A DNA stretch of 64,000 bases, taken from Promethearchaeota archaeon (GTDB lineage: Archaea > Asgardarchaeota > Lokiarchaeia > Sigyniarchaeales > SOKP01). Location of the stretch: positions 64,001 to 128,000 of the forward strand of contig JBHLMQ010000002.1 in assembly GCA_048938005.1 (NCBI GenBank). Direction: 5' to 3'. The position numbers and the translations under genes were made by a program. The notes beneath the pieces are model-generated. The model worked only from the letters and a program-made list of their open reading frames with translations, did not search any database and was not told where the DNA came from. This document shows, piece after piece, positions 16,758 through 26,126 of the stretch (position 1 is its first letter; the number at the start of each line of letters is the position of its first letter).

Positions 16758-18170
16758 TTATTTAAGTTCAGGATGTTTTTCTAATTCCTGTCTCATTTTT
16801 TCGAGTTTTTCGCCATGTAAATCGTAAGATCTAAAGAAGAGAATTGATCCTACTAGTGCTATTGATGGAAATACGAACATTAACGATTTTAAGCCAAGAT
16901 CTATTAAAAATTCATTTGTAGTAATGAGAGAATATTCACTCCAACCCGTTCCTGAAAATATAATGTAAATGGTTGTAATACCTAATATCATTGAGAATCT
17001 GTGAATAAATGCATTAACACCATAATAGCTAGCAGCTCTTCTTACGCCAAATTTGAGTGCGTCTTGATCAATTACATCACCATGAATTATATCAATAAAA
17101 AAGAGTGCCGCTGACAATCCAAAACCTACCGTAAAGAAAATAACCATTGAAAATGTTCTACTTATATCATTATCGGATAAAAAGATTAAAGGAAACAATG
17201 TAATTATCCATATTCCCAACCCAATCATAAGTCCTTTACGTGTACCAATCTTTTTTCTAATTCTTGCTTGAAGTGGCATAAAAATGGCTGCAGCTACTAG
17301 CGCTATCATTAAAGTTAATCCAATTAATAAAGAACCTTTAGTTCTTCCGAGCACATGAACCGAGAATAAAGGAAAAACTGTTAATAACACATTAAAACAA
17401 TACCATATAAGCATGTTTCCTAATGTAAATTTTATAAAAGTCCTATTTGAAAAGGTTATTTTTAAAGATTCAAAAAATCCCGGTCTTTTTTGAAAATCAG
17501 ATGCTTCTTCTTTTTTTTCTCTGACACCATAGAAAATGAATATAAATGCCGTAATCAATACTATAAGGTATAAGATTATGCCTGCAATAATATAATTTGG
17601 ATGAATTCGTGCTGCCTCTATAGCATCAGGTATTGCATTTTCAGTATCAGGTACTAAAGGATCAATGACAAAAGTTGGGACTAAGGATGCCAATATTACA
17701 GCAATCATTGTAAAAATTTTTATGTATACATTTACTTCCCCCCTCTGTTTTTCTGTTGGAAACATTTCGGGAAATATCGCATTTGTATTTACTGAAAACA
17801 TTGTATAAAAGAGCTCAAAGGTAAAAATTATGAAGATAAAGTACCAGAATTTAAAACTTGGGGGTGTTGTAAAGAGGAAAATCATCATTAATGACAAAGG
17901 AACAAATGCAATTATTAGATAAAATTTCCGTTTTCCTAATTTTCCTTTATGCTTGGTTTTCTCACTTAACGCCCCTAAAAGAGGGTCATTCACCATGTTC
18001 CAAATGCCCCATAGAACGAATCCAATCCACATTTCAAGCATCGAAAGACCTACTATTGCAAAATAGAAGGTAAAAATGTAAATAGTAAAGGCTTGGTACG
18101 TTAGCTGGTCAGGGAAAGCACTTATACCAAATAATACTTTTTCTTTTCGAGAGATTTTTCTTTCACTCAT
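16758..18170 (-). CDS. MFS transporter, glycoside-pentoside-hexuronide (MelB-like) family
   Basis: WNMVNDPLLGALSE, GKRKFY, DVIDQD..GVRR..YYG and about 12 TM helices. Confidence 0.88.
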   Translation of the reverse strand: MSERKISRKEKVLFGISAFPDQLTYQAFTIYIFTFYFAIVGLSMLEMWIGFVLWGIWNMVNDPLLGALSEKTKHKGKLGKRKFYLIIAFVPLSLMMIFLFTTPPSFKFWYFIFIIFTFELFYTMFSVNTNAIFPEMFPTEKQRGEVNVYIKIFTMIAVILASLVPTFVIDPLVPDTENAIPDAIEAARIHPNYIIAGIILYLIVLITAFIFIFYGVREKKEEASDFQKRPGFFESLKITFSNRTFIKFTLGNMLIWYCFNVLLTVFPLFSVHVLGRTKGSLLIGLTLMIALVAAAIFMPLQARIRKKIGTRKGLMIGLGIWIITLFPLIFLSDNDISRTFSMVIFFTVGFGLSAALFFIDIIHGDVIDQDALKFGVRRAASYYGVNAFIHRFSMILGITTIYIIFSGTGWSEYSLITTNEFLIDLGLKSLMFVFPSIALVGSILFFRSYDLHGEKLEKMRQELEKHPELK

Positions 18171-18361
18171 GTAATATCCCTTATTCAGTTTTAAAACAAC
18201 AATAAATTTTAACTAAATGTATTTAGATTTTGATCTTTTTAAAACTATTTCAATGATTATGAAAAAAATGTTGGCATCCATAAGATTCATTTAATTAAAA
18301 TCATATCCTAACTTAATCGTAAATTACTATTATTGATTTCAAAAATTAAGAACTTTGATTT

Positions 18362-18949
18362 ATGATGTCAGATCTTACTATTGAAGTAACATATTTTGAA
18401 AATGGAGGGCCTCAAAATACAGAAAAAGCATTACAAATTGCTAAAAAATACGCTGATCAATTTAATATCAGAGATATAATAATTGCGAGTACTAGAGGAA
18501 CTACAGCAAAAAAGGCTTTAGAAATTTTCAATCCAAATGAATATAATATACTAATAATTACACATTCTTATTATTTTATTGGCACTGAAAACCGACAAGA
18601 ATTTCCAGAAAATCTTATGGAAGAATTAAAGAGTAAAGGATTAAAGATTTTTACAGCTACTCATTCTATGGCAGGAATTGAAAGAAATATAAGGATTTCT
18701 TTAAAACAATGGATGCCTATTGATATTTTGGCTAAGTATCTTAGAACTAATTTCAGTCAAGGGACGAAAGTATGTATGGAAATAGCGAGTATGGCTGTTG
18801 ATGCAGGTTTAATTCAAGATTTAGAAAAAGATGTAATTTGTGTAGGGGGAACTGGAAGAGGCGCAGATACAGTATGTTTAATTAAACCTATGCCTACAGG
18901 TTTATTTGATAAACTAAGAGTTAAAGCAATTTTAGCTAAACCATTATAA
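18362..18949 (+). CDS. Pyruvate kinase C-terminal-like alpha/beta domain protein (DUF1867-type)
   Basis: YFENGGPQNT, IIASTRGTT, FSQGTKVCMEIASMAVDAG and GGTGRGADT. Confidence 0.85.
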   Translation: MMSDLTIEVTYFENGGPQNTEKALQIAKKYADQFNIRDIIIASTRGTTAKKALEIFNPNEYNILIITHSYYFIGTENRQEFPENLMEELKSKGLKIFTATHSMAGIERNIRISLKQWMPIDILAKYLRTNFSQGTKVCMEIASMAVDAGLIQDLEKDVICVGGTGRGADTVCLIKPMPTGLFDKLRVKAILAKPL

Positions 18950-19117
18950 CAAAAGAAGTTGATTTAAGAAATTTGAAAGAGCCTCTCAAGTATTATCATT
19001 TCATATCTGAAACAACTTATTTAAATAGCAAAAGTAGCAGAGAAATTGGAAATAAGTGATCCTGCTTTAATTTCATTTGAAAAAAAAAATTTTTAATAAT
19101 ATTTTTAATTATTACAC

Positions 19118-19516
19118 TTATCCTCTCTGTTTGATATAAGAGTAAATACCAAGAGCAAAAAGTATACACATTAAGATTAAACCCATGATAAATAGCAATA
19201 TAGTTCCAATGTTAAGTGTTGGGGCATATATAGCAAAAATGGTAATATTAATGATTATTGTTGGTATAAATAAACCAAATAAATACGAATACATCAATTT
19301 AATCTTATCCCATTCCTTTTTACGAAGAACTATAACTGCGAAAATGGAAGAGAGAAAGCAAATTCCCCCAAAGACTCTAAGATGATAAGGATCTGTCCAA
19401 CCGGTTATAGCCAGTATAAAAATATCAGCTAGAAATACATTTATGATCCCATATAAAAAAGTAACAATAGCATATGCTATAAGTGAAATTTTTGTAATTT
19501 TTTGAATTTCGGTCAT
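19118..19516 (-). CDS. Hypothetical 4-TM membrane protein
   Basis: 132 aa ORF with four hydrophobic segments. Confidence 0.7.
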   Translation of the reverse strand: MTEIQKITKISLIAYAIVTFLYGIINVFLADIFILAITGWTDPYHLRVFGGICFLSSIFAVIVLRKKEWDKIKLMYSYLFGLFIPTIIINITIFAIYAPTLNIGTILLFIMGLILMCILFALGIYSYIKQRG

Positions 19517-19699
19517 TCTTTTAACCTTCTATATATTTTTAATGTAATTTTTTTTCCTGAAAAGAACTCAAAATTTAATAAAATGAAATATTATAAAAAT
19601 CTTACTTTTTTGTCTAATTATAGTAAAAGTTAAAAATATGTAGAAATCAATTGAATTAATTTAAAGGAAGCGAATACATTAAAAAAAAAATAAAAAAAA

Positions 19700-20890
19700 T
19701 TAAATAATATCTAATTTTTTCCCAACTTTTTCTATAGCGCTTAATGCCATGTTTAAATCTTCTTTAGTGAGTAATGCATTCATCTGTACCCTTATTCGGG
19801 ATAATTCTCTTGCCACCATAGGAAACACTATGGGAGTCCCATAAATATTTTCCTCCTCAAAAAGTATTCGTGCTAATTCTTGGGCTTTTCCAGGATCACC
19901 GATGATTAATGGAATAATAGGAGTTGCCGAATTACCAGTATTATATCCCATACTTTGAACCTCTTTTTTAAAATAATTTGTATGTTCCCATACTCTTTTA
20001 ACATGTTCGGGCTCACTTTCAACAACTTCAATTGATGCTTTATTAGCGGCAACAACACCTGGGGGATGTGCTGTGCTTAAAAGATAAGTTCTGCTCTTAT
20101 TGGCACAAAATTCAATCAAATCTTTAGAGCCAGCAACAGTACCGCCGAAAACCCCAAATCCTTTACTCATGGACCCGCCCTCAACATGAACTTTACCTTG
20201 TAGATTGAAGTGAGCTACAATTCCTCGTCCATTTCCTAGGACACCCTCCCCATGACAATCATCTACGAAGATCATGGCACCAAAATCTTCTGCTATATTA
20301 GCAATATCCGCTAGAGGGGCCATATCTCCATCCATGCTAAAAACTCCATCAGTTATAATGCAAATTCTTCTTGCTTCTTCTTTTTCAGCTTCTTTAAGTT
20401 GAGATTCCAAATCTGATACATCTCTATGTTTATAAATAATTCGCTTAGCACCAGATAATCTAACACCATCAATAATAGATCCATGATTTAATTCATCTGA
20501 AACAACGATATCAGGTTTTCCAACTAGCATTGGAATTAATCCCGAATTTACAGCAAATCCAGTTTGACACAGAATTGAAGCTTCTACTTCTTTAAATTTA
20601 GCAAATTTTTCTTCAAATTGTTTTGTTAGATCAAACGAGCCAGCTATAACTGGTACAGCACCAGCACCAGCGCCATATTTTTTAGTGGCATCTATAGACG
20701 CTTGAACTACTTTTGGATGCGTAGCTAAACCAAGATAATTATTGGTATTAAGCATTAAAACTTCTTTTCCATCAACTACAGAATGCGGTTTGGAACCTTG
20801 CTCAAGATATCTTATAATCCATTCAAGGTTGTTTTTTCTTAATTGGGTCATTTCTTCCTTTAGAAAAGCAACAGGATCTCTTTTCATCAT
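19700..20890 (-). CDS. kbl: Glycine C-acetyltransferase (2-amino-3-ketobutyrate CoA ligase)
   Basis: NNYLGL, SDELNHGSIIDG, TDGVFSMDGD, DDCHGEG and SMSK (PLP Lys). Divergent from a threonine dehydrogenase. BioF-type activity is not excluded. Confidence 0.82.
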   Translation of the reverse strand: MMKRDPVAFLKEEMTQLRKNNLEWIIRYLEQGSKPHSVVDGKEVLMLNTNNYLGLATHPKVVQASIDATKKYGAGAGAVPVIAGSFDLTKQFEEKFAKFKEVEASILCQTGFAVNSGLIPMLVGKPDIVVSDELNHGSIIDGVRLSGAKRIIYKHRDVSDLESQLKEAEKEEARRICIITDGVFSMDGDMAPLADIANIAEDFGAMIFVDDCHGEGVLGNGRGIVAHFNLQGKVHVEGGSMSKGFGVFGGTVAGSKDLIEFCANKSRTYLLSTAHPPGVVAANKASIEVVESEPEHVKRVWEHTNYFKKEVQSMGYNTGNSATPIIPLIIGDPGKAQELARILFEEENIYGTPIVFPMVARELSRIRVQMNALLTKEDLNMALSAIEKVGKKLDII

Positions 20891-21070
20891 ATCACCTTAA
20901 ATTTTTTTATAATACGTGAGTAAATTATAATTTATGTCTATTATGAAAAGTATTTTAGTTTTACTTATCTAGGAATGGACATCAAAGATTGGATTTTTAT
21001 GAATAAAACTTTTTTTAGGGAATTAATTATGAATTATACTGACAATTTAATATCTTAAGATCTGATAAAA

Positions 21071-22018
21071 ATGAGAAGAATTCTTGTAATAGGCGCCGCG
21101 GGGCAAATTGGTAGTGAATTGGTACCATTCCTGAGGGAAAAATATGGTAATGATAATGTTATTGCTACTGGTAGAAAAACCCCCCTACCAGAAATTATAA
21201 AAAACACAGGGCCAGTAATTTACCTTGACGCATTAGAAAAAAATACCATTTCAAGAGTTTTTTATGAGTATGAGATAGATACAGTTTACCATATGGCTTC
21301 AATTCTTTCTGCCACTGGAGAAAAAATGCCTCAAACAGCTTGGGATATCAATATGAATGGTTTGATTAATATTTTAGAAGCTAGTAGAAAATATAATATT
21401 AAAAATATTATATGGCCAAGCTCTATAGCTGCATTTGGTCCTACTACACCTAGAGATAATACACCTAACATTACAATATTACAACCAACTACCATGTATG
21501 GTATAACTAAAGTAGCAGGAGAACTCTTAACTGAATACTATTACAAAAAATATAAACTAGATATTCGTTCAATGAGACTCCCAGGGATTATAAGCAGTGA
21601 AACTCTTCCAGGAGGTGGAACTACTGATTACGCTGTTGAAATATTCTATGAAGCAATCAAGAAAAAACAATATACTTGTTTTCTCAGGGAAGACACTGTG
21701 TTGCCAATGATGTATATGCCTGATTGTCTTAAATGCATGATCGATATTTTGGAGGCAGATAATTCAAAATTAAAGCGACGAGTATATAATGTTACCGGAA
21801 TGAGTTTTTCAGCAGGAGAAATAGCAGCTGAGATAAAGAAACAAATCCCAGAATTTCAAATAGATTATAAACCTGATTTTCGACAAGAAATTGCAGATTC
21901 CTGGCCAAAATCGATAGATGACTCTTTAGCGCGAGAAGAATGGAACTGGAATCCTTCCTATGATCTAGCTTCTATGACAAAAGATATGATAGAAATCTTA
22001 AGCAAACGACTTAAATAA
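21071..22018 (+). CDS. tdh: L-threonine 3-dehydrogenase, SDR/epimerase-like type
   Basis: GAAGQIG, LSATGE, PSSIAAFG, MYGITK, GGGTTDYAV, LPMMYMPD and RQEIADSWP. Confidence 0.88.
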   Translation: MRRILVIGAAGQIGSELVPFLREKYGNDNVIATGRKTPLPEIIKNTGPVIYLDALEKNTISRVFYEYEIDTVYHMASILSATGEKMPQTAWDINMNGLINILEASRKYNIKNIIWPSSIAAFGPTTPRDNTPNITILQPTTMYGITKVAGELLTEYYYKKYKLDIRSMRLPGIISSETLPGGGTTDYAVEIFYEAIKKKQYTCFLREDTVLPMMYMPDCLKCMIDILEADNSKLKRRVYNVTGMSFSAGEIAAEIKKQIPEFQIDYKPDFRQEIADSWPKSIDDSLAREEWNWNPSYDLASMTKDMIEILSKRLK

Positions 22019-22102
22019 CTTTTTTTTATTCTTTACATTCTTGTAATCTAATAAAATGGTTAAAATAATATTCATCATATACTTTTTTAAATGTAATTAA
22101 TT

Positions 22103-22888
22103 ATGGATGAGAAAAGTATGAAAATTGTTTTTCATGAAAAATATTATAATTCTGAGTATGCTTGGGATCCAGCTGCGTCTCCAGGACGATTAGAAGGAAT
22201 AATGAATAAAATTGCAGAAAATGAAGAATATAAGATAATTATTCCTAAACCTGCGACCGAAGAAGATATATTAAGAGCTCATACTCATAGACATTTGCAA
22301 AATATAAAAAGAAATACATTATTATTTGAGTTAGCTTCATTAGCTGCGGGTGGGGCAATATTGGCTGCTGAAGAAGCTTATAAAGGAAACCCTACGTTTG
22401 CAGTGATAAGACCTCCTGGTCATCATGCTTCAGCGGATTCATGTTGGGGATTTTGTTATTTTAACAACATAAGTATAAGTTTATTAAAGTTATATTCTGA
22501 TAACAAAATAAAGTCTGCGTTTGTCTTGGATTTTGACTTGCATACTGGTGATGGAAATATAAATATATTAACAAATAGGGAAGATGATTTTAAAGTGAAA
22601 ATTCTTAATCCCTATTCTAGTGGGAGAACGGGTTATATCAAAGAAGTTAAAGGGTATATGAAAAGTTTAGAGGATATCGATATTTTTGTAGCCAGCGCTG
22701 GTTTTGATGAAGGTATTGATGATTGGGGCCACAAATTATATCCTGACGATTATTTCGAATTAGGTAATTTAATGAAAATATATTCTGAAAAATTATGTAA
22801 AGGACGACGATATGCTTTATTAGAAGGAGGCTACAACCATAATGTTTTACCGAAAAATGTAAATTCTTTCTGCCAAGGTTTAAAATAA
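22103..22888 (+). CDS. Compact histone deacetylase family (AcuC/AphA-like) amidohydrolase
   Basis: RPPGHHA, GFCYFNN, DFDLHTGDG, SAGFD and LEGGY. Confidence 0.92.
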   Translation: MDEKSMKIVFHEKYYNSEYAWDPAASPGRLEGIMNKIAENEEYKIIIPKPATEEDILRAHTHRHLQNIKRNTLLFELASLAAGGAILAAEEAYKGNPTFAVIRPPGHHASADSCWGFCYFNNISISLLKLYSDNKIKSAFVLDFDLHTGDGNINILTNREDDFKVKILNPYSSGRTGYIKEVKGYMKSLEDIDIFVASAGFDEGIDDWGHKLYPDDYFELGNLMKIYSEKLCKGRRYALLEGGYNHNVLPKNVNSFCQGLK

Positions 22889-22905
22889 AAAAAGGAATTA
22901 AAGAA

Positions 22906-24030
22906 CTAGTTTTTAAAATAATTTAATACTTTTTGCATATGATGGTATGAACTTTTAGTTTTTGATAAATCATTTAGAAAAGTCGCATTTGCAAGAACAA
23001 TATGTTTCATCCCAACCTTAGCATATTCTTCTATTTTTCCTATTATTTCATCAGGTGTACCATGTAAGATGGAATCATCACACATTTTATGTGGAATTTT
23101 ACTAAGTGCCTCTAAAATCGTTGTTCGATCATAATGAGTTGGGATATAATCAAGTAATCCGTAAAAATCTTTCCCCAATGGGTGTTCTAATCCATATTCT
23201 TTAAAAACTGAGTTTGGAAATGTTAACAATATATTTTTAAGATAAGGGTTCCCAATTAATTCGTCACATTTATTATGATCCTCATCAATGACTAAATATG
23301 ACCAAAATCCTGGTGTAATTTCATCAGGATCTCTCCCAACTTTTTTTGCAGCATTATGAATGTGATTTAACCGATATTTATAGGCTTGAGGATCTGAATA
23401 TGCGGGTAACCAACCATCTCCCAATCTACCAGTTAAATCTAACATTTTTGGTCCATGTGCTGCAATCCAAATTGGAGGGTATTCATTTTTTTTGAAAGGC
23501 TTTATTGTTAGAACAGCATTTTTGAGTTTCCAAAACTCTCCATTATAATCAACCTTTTTATCACTTTCCCATAAAAGTTTGATAATTTTAATAGATTCTT
23601 CCAGTCTACTGACGGGGCGATCCCATTTTATTCCATAAGGAATAACATTTTCTCCTTCACCTGTACCTATTCCTAAAATAACTCTCCCTTTAGATATATT
23701 ATCTTGAGTGATCAACGTTTGCGCTAAAACCGCGGGATGTCTTCGAAATGTCTCAGTTACACTAGTTCCCAGTAATATTTCACTTGTATTCCATGCTGCG
23801 ACTGCCATTATTGAATAGACTTCATGAAAAATATGAGGATTTTCTTGGAATGTAGCTGCTTTGATAAGATCTGGTGTCCAGATTGATTCTGGGGTCCAAC
23901 CCATTAAATGATCCGCCATCCAAACGGAATCATAGCCAATCTCCTCTAATCTTGTGATTCGGTTTATACCTTCTTCAACTGGTCCAAAAATGCTGGTTTC
24001 GGTTCCTATTTTTATATCTGAAATATCCAT
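22906..24030 (-). CDS. LLM-class flavin/F420-dependent oxidoreductase
   Basis: GYDSVWMADH, RRHPAVLAQ, GRVILGIGTGE, PPIWIAAHGP and GDGWLP. Confidence 0.9.
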   Translation of the reverse strand: MDISDIKIGTETSIFGPVEEGINRITRLEEIGYDSVWMADHLMGWTPESIWTPDLIKAATFQENPHIFHEVYSIMAVAAWNTSEILLGTSVTETFRRHPAVLAQTLITQDNISKGRVILGIGTGEGENVIPYGIKWDRPVSRLEESIKIIKLLWESDKKVDYNGEFWKLKNAVLTIKPFKKNEYPPIWIAAHGPKMLDLTGRLGDGWLPAYSDPQAYKYRLNHIHNAAKKVGRDPDEITPGFWSYLVIDEDHNKCDELIGNPYLKNILLTFPNSVFKEYGLEHPLGKDFYGLLDYIPTHYDRTTILEALSKIPHKMCDDSILHGTPDEIIGKIEEYAKVGMKHIVLANATFLNDLSKTKSSYHHMQKVLNYFKN

Positions 24031-24059
24031 ACAATACCACTTAATTTAATATAAAAGAA

Positions 24060-25382
24060 TTATTTGATTTGGAAAAAAGATTCTTCAAATTCAGGGTTGT
24101 TTTGATATCTTCTCATAAAAAGCATAGGTGCTTTATCAAGATTTTTAAAAAAGTACGATGGTATTTTAATCCCTGCTTGCTTTAATGCTGCTTGTATATC
24201 TTCAAGGGATGGAGGGCATCCTTTAACAGCAATCATTTCATTAATATTAGGATCGTCTTTATTTGCATTATACATACATTGTCCAAACAAGATCGTTTTA
24301 TTCATTCCGGGGGTGGGTTTCATAACTTTTCCGGTTAAAATTTCAACCTTATCAAAAGGTTCACCCTTCCAAGCCATTTTTATACCAGATAAAAGAATCC
24401 CATTAAGGCCTGAACAGTATGTACACATCGTTTCGTCATATTTATGATATTTAATACCAGATATTCCTGCCTTTTGATATGGAAGTGGTAATGTGTTATT
24501 ATTAGAATAAATATAATCCCATTCATGAGGAGAAGCTAAATCTTCAATTTTTTCTCCAACTAAATCGATATCAGATAAATCTAATGGACGATTTCTATCT
24601 TTTGCAGCTTGTAGAAGATAAGGAACTGATGATGGATCAATATCTAATAAATTAGCACCTACGACATCAGCAGCAAATATATCTGTTGAGGCAACTAATA
24701 TGTTATTTCTATGAGCTTTACCATCAATTGCAGGTCCGCGTTCAAGAGTGTAAATTCCATCGATAATACAAAAGCAGGGTGGGATTTTATTTGCAAGCTG
24801 AGCTACATTATAGTGAAGATTTTTTACCGGATCAGCACTATGAAATTTTTTTCGTGAAGCGATATTAATAAGACCTTTTAAATTTTTCATTCCTAAGCTT
24901 ACTACACATTGTGCATGAGTTTTAAGTACAGGAATATCTACAAGAAAGTCAGAATGAAGCATATCAGCATTCATTTTAGCAGTTAATCCTTCTTTTAATT
25001 CGATGCTTTCAAAAGGTCTGTCGAATGTATTGAATACCTGAATTCCATATTTATCTTTGAGAGAATTATATCCAAGTTTTTCAAAAGCATCCTCAGCAGT
25101 TTCATTATCCTTCAAGCCTTCCGATACGATGCCTTCTCCGATGATAATATCATCAATTCCTTGCTCTTTAAGTAAAATTATTATGTCCTCAATAACGCGT
25201 GAAGTTGTTATTACACCCCATTTTGGAATATCGCAGTGTCGATTCCAATAAACAATATTGGGCTTGATAAACACTTTTGCTTTAGATTTTAAATGTTCAA
25301 AACCATTTGCAAGCTCAACAGCCTCACGTACTGATTCTAGAGGTTTTTCATATTTTACAATTGATACTAATGATTTACTCAC
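24060..25382 (-). CDS. DUF362 domain Fe-S protein
   Basis: IKPN, PVLKTH, SLGMKNLKG and IIDG..GP, with C-terminal CTYC / GQC / GCPP cysteines. Confidence 0.85.
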   Translation of the reverse strand: MSKSLVSIVKYEKPLESVREAVELANGFEHLKSKAKVFIKPNIVYWNRHCDIPKWGVITTSRVIEDIIILLKEQGIDDIIIGEGIVSEGLKDNETAEDAFEKLGYNSLKDKYGIQVFNTFDRPFESIELKEGLTAKMNADMLHSDFLVDIPVLKTHAQCVVSLGMKNLKGLINIASRKKFHSADPVKNLHYNVAQLANKIPPCFCIIDGIYTLERGPAIDGKAHRNNILVASTDIFAADVVGANLLDIDPSSVPYLLQAAKDRNRPLDLSDIDLVGEKIEDLASPHEWDYIYSNNNTLPLPYQKAGISGIKYHKYDETMCTYCSGLNGILLSGIKMAWKGEPFDKVEILTGKVMKPTPGMNKTILFGQCMYNANKDDPNINEMIAVKGCPPSLEDIQAALKQAGIKIPSYFFKNLDKAPMLFMRRYQNNPEFEESFFQIK

Positions 25383-25501
25383 GTAATCACACCTATACCT
25401 TTATTATTCTAATATAATGATTTGAATATTAAATATTTTAAAAATTAATTTATTTTGAAAAATAATTAAGCATTATATAACTAAAATACATTAGGGAGTT
25501 C

Positions 25502-26047
25502 TTATTTCTTTATTTTTTCTTTCCATTCCTCTGCTAAGAGACCCATTATTATTGCATCATGGTAACTTCCATTTGCCCAAATAAATTGTCGCTTTCTTCC
25601 TTCTTCTACGAATCCAACTTTTATGTAAGAATTTAAAGCCCTTATATTGAAATCATAAGTATATAATTCGATTCTGTTTAAATTAAGGGTAGTAAATCCA
25701 TATTCTATCAATAATTCCAATGCTTCAGTGCCATATCCTTTATCTTGATACTCTTTTTCCCCAATTACGATCCCTACTTCTCCTACTCGATTTTTCCACT
25801 CTATATTATGTATTCCACAATTTCCGATAATTTTATCTTTACCATTTTCATCTGGAATCATAATGGCAAAATTGATGGTATTTTCTCTGTTCTTAAGATT
25901 CTCAATCCAGTCTTCCTCCATCATTCTCGTCATTGGACGATACATTATCAGATATTGAGTAATTTCTGGATCATTGAACCATTTGAGATAGGAATCTATA
26001 TATTCTCTTTTAATAGGCCCTAATTTAACTCTATTCCCTCTTAACAT
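25502..26047 (-). CDS. GNAT family acetyltransferase (RimJ/RimL/SpeG-like)
   Basis: YQDKGYGTEA, NLNRIEL, NIRALNSYIKVGFVEEG and YHDAIIMGLL. Confidence 0.92.
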   Translation of the reverse strand: MLRGNRVKLGPIKREYIDSYLKWFNDPEITQYLIMYRPMTRMMEEDWIENLKNRENTINFAIMIPDENGKDKIIGNCGIHNIEWKNRVGEVGIVIGEKEYQDKGYGTEALELLIEYGFTTLNLNRIELYTYDFNIRALNSYIKVGFVEEGRKRQFIWANGSYHDAIIMGLLAEEWKEKIKK

Positions 26048-26126
26048 AGAAGAAAAAAATCAAGATCAAAATAAAAAATTAATTATTTAAGTAGATTTCA
26101 AAAAAATTGGTAGATAAAGTTGAATC

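Noticed and set aside
18952-19096. Intergenic stretch translating to an HTH-like fragment (IAKVAEKLEISDPALISFEK)
   Set aside because: No start codon, bounded by stops, and only ~24 codons. A pseudogene remnant is possible but chance is equally likely.
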